NCBI GenBank assembly: GCA_011109175.1
Contig: RDEW01000031.1
Location: 653,216-717,215 of the forward strand
Direction of reading: 5' to 3'
Length of the DNA stretch: 64,000 bases
Origin: Dicyema japonicum
Taxonomy: Eukaryota; Animalia; Dicyemida
A program made the position numbers and the translations under genes. The notes below the pieces were generated by a model that saw only the letters and a list, made by a program, of their open reading frames with translations, was not told where the DNA came from and ran no database searches. Of this stretch, positions 12,925 through 25,779 are shown in pieces (the first letter of the stretch is position 1; each line of letters starts with the position of its first letter).

Positions 12925-13290
12925 ACAAAACATAAAACAAATTATAATGTTATACGACACTTTTATCAAACAAATCCTCCTATACGACTCTGGGACCTGG
13001 TCACCTCAAAAAAAAATTGGAAAAACTAGACTCGTTTCACTAAGAAACATAACTGAAATGTCCTGGCCATCCAAGATCTCGCGGAAAGGACTGTACAATA
13101 AGTGTGACTGTACATCATTAGCTCTCGTTGGAGACTTTTTGGACACGTCTTGAAGTTGGACCCGATATCCCCTCCCGAATATCGCAATGGAAGATTACTA
13201 CTCATCCAATTCAAAACGCTTTCGTGGAAAACGAGAACAATCCTCCCGGTCGTTTTACAAAACGATCTGAAAGCCGTGAAGAAAATATTG
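12925..13290 (+). mobile_element. RTE-like 3' fragment
   Basis: MLYDTFIKQILLYDSGTW, LPVVLQNDLKAVKK; homologous to 1400-1935. Confidence 0.75.
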
Positions 13291-13737
13291 GTACGGGACT
13301 TTGTTAACCACATCATCAATCCCTACAGGACGGCTTGGGACCACTGTGGAAGAACATACTGGGGAAANTTACTACTCATCCAATTCAAAACGCTTTCGTG
13401 GAAAACGAGAACAATCCTCCCGGTCGTTTTACAAAACGATCTGAAAGCCGTGAAGAAAATATTGGTACGGGACTTTGTTAACCACATCATCAGTCCCTAC
13501 AGGACGGCTTGGGACCACTGTGGAAGAACATACTGGGGAAAAGACATACAAAGGGAGAACTAACTGGAGATGGGCTTACTGGCTTTGTACCTACGATGTT
13601 CTAGAGATAAATTAAAATGTGTAACTACCTAGACCAGCAAATGGATAGTTAGCAAGGAAAAGGGGTACCCGGATGAACATTCCAGGCCAACCGGCAGAAT
13701 GATAGATACCTATTCTGTTGTTTAACTCATTTTCAAG
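13290..13737. repeat. Repeat X, inverted copy (includes an n-flanked local duplication)
   Basis: Reverse complement of 6724-7000. Confidence 0.8.
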
Positions 13738-13789
13738 TATCTAGAATCAAGATTATCTGTAAATCAAGTGCTTTCTATTTCAAAAATGG

Positions 13790-14100
13790 ACAAACAACAT
13801 ATATACATAAGTGTCCTTCCATATCTGTTGAGAGAAGTTTTTCTTTATTGGGAAAATTATTATCTAGACAGAAATTTTAAACCCGAAAACATTTATTATG
13901 TATTTTAATAAGATTTTGATTAGTTTTTTTTTATATTAAAAATTTTTTTTTGTAAATAAATTTTTCATAAAGTCAAAAAAGGTCAAAATTTTGAAATTTT
14001 AAGGTCAATAAAGTCAATTTTAGGTCAAAATTTCCGATATATGAAGTCAAAAAAAATCGCCATAGTGATTTGCAATAAAATAAAGTCAAAATCCCGTTTC
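13790..14100 (+). mobile_element. hAT-like 3' end remnant
   Basis: SVERSFSLLGKLLS...NFKPEN dimerisation-type motif followed by repeated (a/g)gtcaaaa subterminal motifs. Confidence 0.55.
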
Positions 14101-14104
14101 ATAC

Positions 14105-14480
14105 CAAATTGAGTACCTCAAGGATCCCAACTATCTTCAACCTTTTTCAACTTGTACATCAATGACATTCCGAAACCGCACTACGAAAATTGTCTTTTAC
14201 TATCATACGCGAACGATATAATTATTGCTGCAAAAGACAAAAAGTATCAAACTGCTATCACGATGGCCCAGAACATGCTAACAATTTAATTTCTTGGCTC
14301 AAGAAATTCCGTCTTGAAGCTTCCCCTACCTTATTTACAACGTTCAAGAAGTACTATTCATTGAAACCTAACATTTCTCTCAATAATTGTGTGTTAGAGG
14401 ATAGAAAAAGCATCGGCCTGTGTAATGAAGTGTTGAGGTAATATTTGATGGGTTTATAAGCAAACAAAAACAAGATTAAA
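14105..14480 (+). mobile_element. Jockey-like RT remnant
   Basis: VPQGSQLSSTFFNLYINDIP...LSYANDI. Confidence 0.7.
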
Positions 14481-14559
14481 CTAGAGCAACATACTCAAAG
14501 TCATGAATGAGCACGTGTTATAATTGTATAATTGCTAAATTGGGCTTATTAATACGAAT

Positions 14560-15380
14560 TTGAGCTGATTAACCAAAACATAGAATATTTTTATACAGAA
14601 TCGGATTCATTTGAAACGAGGAAAGACTGCCAAGAGATGAGCTTTGATGATGATTGGTATCCATTATCCATAAAAGTAAAGGATGCTTTACAATTCTTCC
14701 GAGATCTGGAGAAGTCGTATTATTGTTTGAGGAATAAAATCAAAGAAAACACATTTGGTCACACTCGTAGAATTCCTCAATTGAAGGTATAAAGAACCCG
14801 TATTATGCATCCCAACTTACTAAAAGTGCTCCTGGAAAAATCTTTTGGATACAAAATAGCAACAGACATGAAGGTAAAATTAAAAAACCGAACATTTTTG
14901 TGTTCGATAAAATGAAAAATAAAATAAATCTAATAGAAGTATGAATTACATCCCAACAATAGCATGTCCAAGTCGAGAAGGAACACAAGTATTATCTCTT
15001 AGCAAACAAACTCTGATTAATACACAAAGTAAAAGAGTATATAGTGATGTGGTTTTGACTTGGATGGGATTATCAGAAAGTACCACAAACAGCATTTAGA
15101 ATCCTTGAATGTCCTTTGAAAGCCTATATACAGACAGTCACGATTAAGAAGACAACAGAGAATATTCTTAATGGATGTAGAGATGAAATGGAAAATGTGT
15201 ACAACGGTGAGAAGGAGGCTAAGAGTTATCCCAACCAACATAAATATGGGTTGGACACACCAGTTGGTCGTGAGAAACTGACATCGATATGGGAATGATC
15301 GACGAAGGAGGTGCTGTTAAAGGATGAGATTATGAATAAGATTGGACAAGAGAATAAAAGGAGCCTCAGTATCCTTCTAG
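14560..15380 (+). mobile_element. R4/Dong-like (REL) retrotransposon 3' remnant
   Basis: KPNIFVFDK..INLIEV.IT...VEKEHKY.LLANKL, LKAYIQT; related to 45430-48070. Confidence 0.65.
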
Positions 15381-15502
15381 AGACTTTATTAAATAATTTA
15401 TAAATTTAATAAAAATGATCGAAAATCACAAATCGTAAACTTTAAATGAAATTAATGAAAAATAAATAATCTTATTATAAAATGTAAGAATTTAATATTA
15501 AA

Positions 15503-17364
15503 ATGGTTACCAAGGCGACTGATCCAATATTAATTCAAGGATTTCCAGCTCGACCGTTAATTAGTCCATCCGGTACTCCATTGTGACTCATTCAGATGGG
15601 GCATGGCTTACTGTCTACAGATCTGAGTTGTTGGAGTTTCTTAAGCGACAAAAAGGTAAGAAACAGACTAAAATGGAATCCACATGCAAATCTCTCACTC
15701 AAAAATACGCCGTATGTTAAAACTTTACTATAGCTCCTCCAATCTGGAGAATCCGACCCTTCATCGGTTCTTACCCTCAATGTGAGTTCGTCTTGTTTAA
15801 CTTCCATCACTGAAGATTTTAGTCAATTTATTCTCTTACATACAGTTGATGCCAGTAACAACAAACTTAAACTCGGTGGAACATGATATTTTTACTTGTA
15901 GAGGACTTTGTCTCATTTCCTTCCCTTATGGAACTTGACCTTTCATTAAATAACATAAATTCTGTAATTCATATTGAATCGGTCTTTAAAAATTTACAAG
16001 TATTAATCTTAATTATGCAAGAAATTAAATCTTTCCTACAATAATATTAAAGAAAAAAGTATTTTGGACATCCTAGCTTGTCTAGAACTCAGGGACCTAA
16101 ATTTAGACGGGAATGAAAAAGCAAACTGGGCTATGATATTCAAACCGAACATTGATTGTGAACGGTATGTTTACTTAAATTATAGAGGTGGTTTACCAAA
16201 TTGGAGATTTTGTCACTAGAAAGTAATAGAATAACCGATTGCAAAATATTTTACTGGTTAGCCTTTATAAAAAAGTAAAATTAACAATAATTATAGTTTA
16301 AAGAAATTGAATCTAAAAAATAACAAAATTCAGAAAATCCCAACAGTTGAAATAATAGAGAAAAAAATAAATGAATTTTTTACCCAAGAGTTTGACCAGA
16401 ATGATTGCTTAAATGCTGATATTTTAGGTTGATTGACATTATTAGCTTAGAAATAAACGAAAACGGAAATTTTGTCCCTCTAAACAATTTAAAAATCATC
16501 GACATTTCATCGAACCAAGTCCTGTTTATAACTATGGTAGATTAAAGACGAAGAGAGTGTTCTATCAATGACCCTTCTTCCACAAATTGAGACAATTATT
16601 TTTATCGACAATCCTTTCGAACACCTCTCTAGTGAACATGGAGTAATTGCTGATAAGTTCTTTGAATTAAAAAACATAGAATTTATTCGGTATTTTTGTT
16701 TTTCATTCTTCAGTAGTAGCACAAAGATAAACGTTCAAAAAAGACCACCTTTAAATACAAGAAAAGTACCTAAAGTACACGTTTGGTTATTTAGACTAAC
16801 TATGACCGGGCCTTTGAAGTCTTTCGGTATCAAAAAAGAAACATCGTGGAGAAACAGATTGAAAAAGTCGAAAAAAAGTACAAAACAAAAATTTCCATCA
16901 ATAAATCATTAAATAATCTTATAAAAAGTGAAATGAAAGAAAAAATAAGTGATTTAAAAATTGATGACGTCGTTGAAGGAACTTTCACTACACAGGTCAA
17001 ATTAATTGTTTATATTAGATTGGGGAACGTTTACTTGAGGAAGAGACTTATGACTATAAAAGTCATGTTAACAAAACTAAAAGAGAATTAATGCAAATCT
17101 TAAAAAATTCAAAATTTGATTCTCGAAACGGGATTGACCAAATGTACGAATATGCTTATTTTTGTTCTAAAAAGGTACTTTATTCGTATCAATTTCCAGA
17201 AAAAAAATTCAAAAGTTATCAAAGAATCAACACAAATTTGTGAGAAAATTATCAATCCAATATACAAAGAACGTTTGAATAAATTACTAAATTCAAAAAC
17301 TGCATTTTCTATGATGGCTAAGACTGCTTACTTAAAGGTTTTCGGCTTTAAATATATAGTTTAA
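15503..17364 (+). CDS. XRRA1: XRRA1-like leucine-rich-repeat protein, ~12 micro-introns
   Basis: Spliced: GFPARPL..DGAWL, LTLNVS..DFSQF..VDASNNKLKLEDF.SFPSLMELDLSLN, LNLSYNNI, FTKLEILSLESNRI..F.WLA..LKKLNLKNNKIQKIP, IKDEESVLSMTLLP....FIDNPF, GTFTTQ; collinear with remembered XRRA1 motifs. The 3' end is less certain. Confidence 0.82.
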
Positions 17365-17624
17365 TAAAATATACAATGATCAAATTAATATTTAACTTAA
17401 GTTTAACTAATAATACTTTACACTATTTATACCACAAAAGGGACATTTTGTGACAAGATTACAATGCCACTTTAATTTACAGTTCGAGGATTACTCATGA
17501 AATCAGTTTAATAAAATATACAATGATCAAATTAATATTTAACTTAAGTTTTACTAATAATACTTTACACTATTTATACCACATAAGGGACATTTTGTGA
17601 CAAGATTACAATGCCACTTTAATT

Positions 17625-18103
17625 TACAGTTCGAGGATTACTCATGGAAGCAAACCACGCTGCCAGTGAGACTTGGAGGACTTGGAATTTGGAACCCTGT
17701 GCACCTTTCTCTCCCTTCATACCTATCATTGCTAGTGGCCTGTAACTCCCATATCAATAGGAATCTCCTGAATTCTCTATTGACAAGGACACCGGCTATA
17801 TTCGTGAGGCCTGGAGCCCCACTTATCAGCTTTCTCTGCCTTCCTCGTTCTCTCAGCGAGGTTTGGACGATGCTATATGCTGGAATTCTTTCAAAGATTT
17901 GCTAGTGTCATCTAGCCAACATCGCCGTGCCTGTTTGTTGTCGGGGGCGCCTTGAGAGCGGTGCCTAGCTCAACGCCATTCCCAATGGAGTTCTGGGTAC
18001 CTTCCTGGATGATGAATGCGTTCGTATTGAGATCTCATTGCGACTGGGATTAAAAGTCTGTGATCCACATCCGTGCCTATGCGGAGACAAGATCGACTGT
18101 TTT
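17625..18103 (+). mobile_element. CRE-like (REL) retrotransposon fragment, near-identical to 22468-22950, running into a gap
   Basis: WKQTTLPVRLGGLGI, RLGLKVCDPHPCLCG. Confidence 0.85.
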
Positions 18104-18423
18104 NNNNNNNNNNNNNNNNNNNNNNNNNNNNNNNNNNNNNNNNNNNNNNNNNNNNNNNNNNNNNNNNNNNNNNNNNNNNNNNNNNNNNNNNNNNNNNNNN
18201 NNNNNNNNNNNNNNNNNNNNNNNNNNNNNNNNNNNNNNNNNNNNNNNNNNNNNNNNNNNNNNNNNNNNNNNNNNNNNNNNNNNNNNNNNNNNNNNNNNNN
18301 NNNNNNNNNNNNNNNNNNNNNNNNNNNNNNNNNNNNNNNNNNNNNNNNNNNNNNNNNNNNNNNNNNNNNNNNNNNNNNNNNNNNNNNNNNNNNNNNNNNN
18401 NNNNNNNNNNNNNNNNNNNNNNN
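18104..18423. other. Assembly gap (320 N)
   Basis: Run of n. Confidence 0.99.
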
Positions 18424-18489
18424 TCTAATCATTCTTCCTCTTCGCCACTGGTTTTGGGATCATCCTCTTAAAGCTTTCATCCATATTAA

Positions 18490-18690
18490 AGTGAGGTGGC
18501 CAAGTCGTAAACACCTATCATAAAGACATTGCAGATAGTCAAATAAAATATCCGAACCCTCTTTGATAAGTTTCATTGATATGTGGTCATATCCTGGAGC
18601 ATTGACCTTGCATTCCCTGATAGCCGTCATCACTTCCAAGACGATGACAGCAATAGGCAGTTCCTCGTCGGAGTGTTTAAATATATCAGT
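18490..18690 (-). mobile_element. Inverted fragment of the 2352-5325 LINE family
   Basis: Reverse complement of ~3830-4040 (AIRECKVNAPGYDHISMKLIKEG). Confidence 0.85.
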
Positions 18691-19000
18691 TGAAATTAGG
18701 ACTGATGATTTTGTTATCTGTTTTCTTGATTTTGGTCAGTTTATTCATCAAGAACGGGAAATAACCCTTGACCACGTTGCACTAGCAAGGGTCAATACTG
18801 GTCAGATAAATCGTATGTAGATGGTGGTGAGGAATACAGCATTGTCTCCAAGATCTTTTGTCCATGGGTTCAGAGTGTCAACATTTGAATTTTTCCGTAA
18901 AATACGTAAACTTTCAAAAAGTGTTAATAAAATTAATAAAGTATAATATTAAAAAATATATATAAATTTAAATATTTTGGCGGAATTCGTTTCTATCTCA

Positions 19001-20398
19001 ATGTGGGACGTTAATGTTTCTGAGCTTTTGAATCTTCCAATGGCTTTTAGTAAATTTGATGCTATATGGGATGAAGTTGGGCTTTCAAATGACTATCGCC
19101 GTGAAAGACAGAGCAAATTTTTTGATAACATAAAAAACAGGATATTCATGGTACTTGAAGATGAGGAACTATCAAAAATATCACTGGATAAGGAAATTTG
19201 CAGCATGAAGGAAGAAGCCGATTTTCTCGCAAAGGAACTTGGGTTTGAATGCAAAGAGGTCGATCCAGCTCTAAACCTCATTAAAAAATGCGAGATAATA
19301 ACAAAATATTATGAAAAAATGGTTTCCGAAAAAGAAAAACGAATGTCAGAGAAGAATAGACTTTATGATTTGAACAGAAAGTATTCTCTTTTGCTCGAGG
19401 AGGAAATGATTAAGTTTGACGAAAGCGTAGTTCCCTCGTTGGAGTCCTTGGAAAAGGCTCAGCAACTGGTTGATATTCAAGAGACTCAAATAAGATTGAA
19501 CTCTGACAAATACAACATGTATTACTCTGAGATTACTGACATTCTTGGACGACTATCTGATGTTCCTGCTTCTGAGTTATTCTGTTCTCACACGGACGTA
19601 CTTTCTGAAGACTTTCTACTGGAATGTAAACGCTATATTGAAGAATTAAAGAAGGAACTCAACAGGAGAGAAACTCTTATGCAGTCTTTGTTGTCAACTG
19701 GTGAGAGCCTTTCAAATAATTTGTCACTTATTGGTGTGCATGTGGCCTTTCCGAGAGCTGTGGACCCTATATCTTTGGATTTGATTACAGAATGGACTAA
19801 CAAGGTGTCAGAACTTAAGTTTACTCTCAATGAAAAAAAGAGCTCTCTATTGGAATGTCTTGATACTGAAATGAAATTGATGTATTTTGGGAATAAACAG
19901 GTCCCTGTTATGACTATGGACGACAGTGTCAGAGATATTATAGACAAACTCAGTCATGTGAGAAGAATGAAGGAAAGAATATCAGTTTTTACGAGTAATA
20001 TTAACAAGTGGAAGGAGTGTATGTCATCTATAATGACGATTGGAGCTAAATCGAGTGACCCTGACCGACTCAGAAACAGAGGGGGTTTTCTGTTGAAGGA
20101 TGCTGCGGATTTACAGAGGTTTAACAATGAGTGTGGAAAGCTGGAGGCAAAAATATTAGGATTTGTTGTTGATGATGAGGAACTGAGTGAATTGATTGAA
20201 GAACAAAAAGGGGCTTTCAAAGAACTTGTGACTGAAGAGAAGCAAAGAATGAGTGATAGTAAGGCATCTCGTAAGGATAGTGTGAAAAAGAGTAGAGGAG
20301 AACAGTCAAAATATACCCATTCTGTATTTTTTGATGTTATTTAGACTCCATTGTCGGTTAGTAATACTAACAAGGGAAATATTAACAGGAAATTTTAG
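19001..20398 (+). CDS. PRC1: PRC1/Ase1/MAP65 microtubule-bundling protein; single detected intron 20324-20344
   Basis: IWDEVGL...RRER, long coiled coil, SDPDRLRNRGGFLL, spliced tail TPLSVSNTNKGNINRKF*; start at ATG 19001 is assumed. Confidence 0.85.
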
Positions 20399-21519
20399 AT
20401 TTGATTTGTTATAAACTTTCGCTTTTTTATTACAAACTCGTTGCAAAAGTAATAGTTTCACAACTGTGTCTTTTTACATAATCATTATGCGACATTTATA
20501 CTAATATTCTGGTTTAATGTGAAGTAGCACATAAAAATTCTTGTAGACAAATGCTAAGACTTGGGTTGAAGAATGTTAGCATTTTTTGTTTGAGATTATA
20601 TTATTCTTTCATAAAGCGATTAAACGTAATCCTCTCCCAAGAAGTGGTAAATACAATTAACGCAGATGTATACAATGTTTAATCAATAAACTGTGTAGTT
20701 AATATTTAGTGTGTAATACCTAACAAAGAGGAACATGGCCGGTAGATTATTATGTTTCATTACAAAACTAAGGTTATAAAAGTCGCAATTGAAAATTTTG
20801 TTCATTTTCCTAACTGCAAACTAAACTATGTGTACATATAATATTTGTTAAACATGGTTATTGTCAACAGAGTTTCACATTTAGTAATTTCTCATCATTT
20901 GTGCATTTTATTTTCAACACTTATGTTTTCAATATGAAAACTTGTGATGAAACTATTAAAAATACATTCTGTACTCAGAGCAAAATACCTATAAATGGGG
21001 ATACCTGACTTGTACTCATAGTTTCCTGAAATGTTTAAAACTTCAAAAAGTTTTAAACGATGATTATGCAATATACGGTTCCACTTACAACAATTGTTTT
21101 CCTTTACGAAATCAACAAAATATTCTCAGAGAACAAAGTTGACGATGAACACTTGTCATCCCTGATCATGGTCGGAACTGCTAATATATTTCAGATATAT
21201 GAAAAATTGTTATGAAAATGAAGCACCTCAGGACAAAACAAAGAGTGAAAATGATAATATTGAATCTTTATTATTGTTATATTTGGGGGTGAATCGTAAT
21301 ATACCCTTTGTAGAGATACAGTTCATTGCGGTGTTATTCATTAGCAAAAATAATAGCATATGAATTAGATATTGTCTTTTATTTTTTACAAATTTTCCTA
21401 TTCAAAAAGATTTATTTCCCCGGAAAAAATTACAAATGTAATCGTTTGAAATCTTTTTTAGTCATCAAACGTATATTTCAATTGATTTTTTCGGAAAAAG
21501 TGAGCGAATAATTATATAG

Positions 21520-22150
21520 CGGCCGTCCTGACTGAATGGCTATACCCTTTCCGGATGAGGATGACGAGCGAGATCAAATAACCAAATACGACTCAAGGAG
21601 TTTTCTTTCATGAGAGGGTGCAGGCCAAAACAGTCGATCTGGTCTCCACATCGGCACAGATGTGGAACACCTTCGTTAGTCCGAAGGGCATCCTCGATCG
21701 TATTGGAAAGGACCTCCGTAGCGACAGGTCGTACGGTCTTTGGATCTTCACAAGACTACTCTGTGAAGAAAGTAGCTCAGAGATGTAAGAATGTTTCGAG
21801 TCCGTAGTTGATAATTAACAGGAGAGTTAACAGTGGTGCGGGGACGAGGAACCTTCATGCATGACTGCTAGTTCCATACTCAAGCGCGCTCATTGCAGCT
21901 TGGGATAGCTTGATACACCTGAGGTGGAAGAAATCTCGACATGTGGAACAGAAGATCCCACGCTTCAGAGTTCTGACTTGCCCAATGGATGAACACCTCT
22001 CGAATGGATGAATACTTAGAAGATACGATTTTCCTTAAAATGGGAACAAGATCCTGAAAGACAGATACTTGGGGATGAAGGGTGATGAAACTCTTGGGAT
22101 AAAGTGGGATGACACTCTTGGGATGCGGGGATAGGCATTGTGGAGTGCAG
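21520..22150 (-). mobile_element. CRE-like fragments, including a degenerate PHD finger
   Basis: 21610-21665 matches the CRE CCHC region; reverse frame GIFCSTCRDFFHLRCIKLSQAAMSAL. Confidence 0.55.
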
Positions 22151-22374
22151 CACACTTTTATGCACCAAAAACCACACAGCAGCACGTTTTTTATATTTCA
22201 AAAGGTAATATTATTATTGTCATTAGCCGCGTGTCCATGCATCTACTTGATTGAATATTCTGGTGACGTCATTGGATTTAAAAGAATCCGAATTCCTGGA
22301 TGGTGGTTAGAAAATGTAAGAAGGGTCACGAAATTAATTAATTTTAGTCGATATAAATTACTAAATAAATATGT

Positions 22375-23570
22375 CATGAGGAATGCCCTCTATTTCACCC
22401 TGTGTGACCAACTCGCACAGATTAACGAGATCTTCTGTACGACAGCGGAACGTATCTTCAACGTCCGGTTCGAGGATTACTCATGGAAGCAAGCCACGCT
22501 GCCAGTGAGACTTGGAGGACTTGGAATTTGGAACCCTGTGGACCTTTCTCTCCCTTCATACCTATCATTGCTAGTGGCCTGTAACTCCCATATCAAGAGG
22601 ATTCTACACTCTCTCCTGAATTCTCTATTGACAAGGACATCGGCTATATTCGTGATGCCTGGAGCCTCACTTATCAGCTATCCCTGCTTTCCTCGTTCTC
22701 TCAGCGGGGCTTCAATGATGCTATATGCTGGAATTCTTTCAAAGATTTGCTAGTGTCATCTAGCCAACATCGCCGTGCCTGTTTGTTGTCGGGGGCGCCT
22801 TGAGAGCGGTGCCTAGCTCAACGCTATTCCCAATGGAGTTCTGGGTACCTTCCTGGATGATGAATGCGTTCGTATTGAGATCTCATTGCGACTGGGATTA
22901 AAAGTCTGTGATCCACATCCGTGCCTATGCGGAGACAAGATCGACTGTTTTGGCCTACACCCTTTCTCCTGCTTAAAGAGTGCAGGCTGATTTCCCAAAC
23001 ACATAGCCTTGAACGAATCTTTGGACGTCGTCGGACACCCCTCCATACTCGAACCGGTCAGTCTTTGCAGGCGGGACGTGAAACGACCAGATTGGATGAC
23101 AATCTTCCCTTTTGAAGCCGGAAAACCTCTTGTCTGGGACGTTACCTGCACCGACACGTTTGCTTCTTGCAACCTACTCCAGAATGCCTCCGGAGTCTGT
23201 TCTGCCCTGAGCAGGTCGTTGAAGCCGGAAAACCTCTTGTCTGGGACGTTACCTGCACCGACACGTTTGCTTCTTGCAACCTACTCCAGAATGCCTCCGG
23301 AGTCTGTTCTGCCCTGAGCAGGTCGAGAAGATGAAACGGGAAAAGTACGCGGTCCTACCCAAGGATTTTTTTTTCATTCCACTCGCAGTTGAGACGTCTG
23401 GTTTCCTTTGCCTACGACGCTGTAATTCGTGAGTCGTCTAGGGAATTGGATCGCTACACGAACAGGAGATCCTCGTGAGCGCTGTTGGTTATTTGATCGA
23501 ATCTCGCTCGCTATCCTAAGAGGGAATAGCCACGCAGTCAGGGCAGCCGTTTACTCTTTTGTTTTTTTAC
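22375..23570 (+). mobile_element. CRE-like non-LTR retrotransposon 3' half (CCHC + REL), with an internal ~109-bp tandem duplication
   Basis: WKQATLPVRLGGLG, CLCG..HPFSC, KRPDWMT..GKPLVWDVTC.DT, PLAVETSG, RISLAILRGN. Confidence 0.88.
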
Positions 23571-23859
23571 TAAAATAGATGTAATATATATTTATTACCA
23601 ATTATTACCTCTAATCACACTTTTGTCGTCACATCTTTCGATACTCACCGCCTGCTGAGGTTCAACTCTTACAAACCAAGTGTACCTATTGTGCCACCAT
23701 CGGAATCCGAAGTTCACGTGACCGAAGCCCGACTCTTTTGTTCCATTAAGGTTTTTGCTACAGCAGTAAAGGTATTAATTGACTTCCTCTTTGTCACATC
23801 AAGGATCTAATTTTCGAGGCCTGACTGTTATTCAATGTCTATATCCTGTTTCAAAGATT

Positions 23860-24420
23860 GTCATAGGAGATGTTCTCATATGCCTAAAACATCTTGTTTT
23901 ACAAGCACCGATATCTGGATACTGGCTTCACATCTTCTGAGATAATATTGTAGGATCTCATACCTGTGTCCAGGAAGGGGATTCTCTTTGACCACTCTTT
24001 TTTGCTTTAATTGTCGATGATGTTGCACACAATGTGCGTTCCTCGTTGAACGTATGGTATCTGGATGACATTGATCCACGGACGTAGTGAATAAACTTAC
24101 TTTTCATTATATCGTCAGCCTTCAGGTACTGTGACATCTTTAACGCCATAGATTTAACCCTAAAATCCTAGAGGGTGATGTCCTCAATGTTTGGCTCGAC
24201 TGTCCTGCCGCTTACTCTGCCGAAAGGAGGAGGCTGGCTAAATATTTTGAACTTGGAATCCATTTCCGTTTCGTCCCAATTGCAATTTTAGATTTGGTGG
24301 GTGGTCTGTCATCAAAAGTGTTCTCAGAGAGATTTTATATCCGTTAAGACTGAGAGATCTTCTGGAGTGGAGTTAATTCTGCGGTGATTTTGAATTACCA
24401 TCGTTCGCGCAAACTCTTTT
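23860..24420 (+). mobile_element. Decayed CRE-like RT/REL remnant
   Basis: VQEGDSL*PLFFALIVDD...LNVWYLDD; FRFVPIA. Confidence 0.6.
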
Positions 24421-24596
24421 TTGTCATTTAAATTAATTTTTTTCGTAAATTGCGGTTGAGAAATAATCACAACGGTGTATGTGGTTAATAATACTTATAT
24501 AATATGACAAAAGTTAATAGAACACTTTGCTATTCCCTCTTATTCGTTAATCAGAAAGTTGAACTAATTTTTATTTTAAATGTTAGTACAATAATA

Positions 24597-25574
24597 TTAA
24601 TAATATCCGATTTTGAGATTTGTAAACTTTGATTTAATTTTGGCAAAAAATAATTTGGTATCATTTCTGAATGGAGGGGAACTTTGGAGTAATAAAAAAA
24701 ATGTCAATGAGAAATAAGAGATGCCAATTATTCCATCAAATAATAATTTGACGATTAAAACTTTCAAAAATTCTTCCGAATCATTAAAAACAAAGTTAAC
24801 CAAAACATAAAGAATGGAACATGGAATATAGGTTGTCAAGTAGAAAATTGTAATAGTGAGGTTTATTTTGGTGGAAACTGGAAGTGTGTACATTCTTCCC
24901 GAGAGTTTCTTATATTCTCGTTCACTCCGTTTAATAAAGAATGTGGTGATTGCATTCAAAATGAGAATAATCAATGGCAATATCAAAGAGAGGATTGTTA
25001 TCGTTAAAGAATATATTCTGTAATATGTCAATGTGGATGGTTTTATGGTGCATAGACTGGTTGAAGTCTCATAAATCCAAAAATAAAAATTTGGCAAAAT
25101 AAGTATAATATTAAATAAGAGAATCAATAAACATGACAAAAGTGTCCGAGAATACGAAATGTATTGAACCATTAATGGGATTCCAACAGTGAACAATTCC
25201 AATATGCTCCCCATCAGTAAATAAAATGGATGAGTTGTCTGGGAGGCATTAAAAATGCTGACAAACAAACCACAACCAAAACTGGAGCTGAAAATCTAAA
25301 TTAAAACAATAAATACATTCAGGTTGTTATTTATGACCAAAGTGTGAATCATAAGAGTGACCAATGTGACGATATCACACGCAGAAAGGAAAAAGATAAC
25401 AATCATCGACTTTGACTTTCTCTGTTTTGAATTTGCTAGAATCACCAACAACAAAATATTGGTAGGAATTCCAATTGTGAACCAAATGAATTTAAAAACT
25501 AGGGCTGTCTTTACACTGTAAAAAGAAAAATCGTTTAATATGTCATTCATCCCTGAGTTTGATTTGTTGTGCAT
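24597..25574 (-). CDS. Divergent class A (rhodopsin-like) GPCR, peptide-receptor-like; one 21-nt intron 25296-25316
   Basis: Seven hydrophobic segments; TM1 GIPTN, TM2 LSACD, Cys at the top of TM3, ELF.V..PL in place of DRY, TM5 LILPLII, TM6 YIP, helix 8 FRND; the intron removes an in-frame TAG. Confidence 0.85.
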
Positions 25575-25779
25575 TGTTCTAATCTACTTGCGGTGATACG
25601 AAAATTCTTAAAATATTTTGATAAAGATAACAGTTCGATAAAATTCACATTTTATTGTTTATTTGGGTTTTTACATCTAAAATTATTTTTTTAATCAATT
25701 AATATTAAATTTAAAATTAAATTGAAATATTGAAAATATATTAAATATCATCAAACATTAATCATAATGGATTATGCAA

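Noticed and set aside
13195-13540. Tandem duplications flanking single n or short gaps (also ~39690-40160, 46435-46760, 57848-58437, 62491-62713)
   Set aside because: Each pair is centred on an n or gap and mostly differs by a few SNPs; typical of unmerged contig or haplotype overlaps rather than biology.
15592-15900. Minus-strand ORF with faint CBF-beta or HSP20 resemblance
   Set aside because: Antisense shadow of XRRA1 exons.
17359-17646. 100-160 bp tandem duplications without n (also ~23112-23325 and 38141-38460)
   Set aside because: Same size class as the n-flanked artefacts; cannot be called real without reads.
17965-18523. Long X-filled ORFs
   Set aside because: They run through the N gap.
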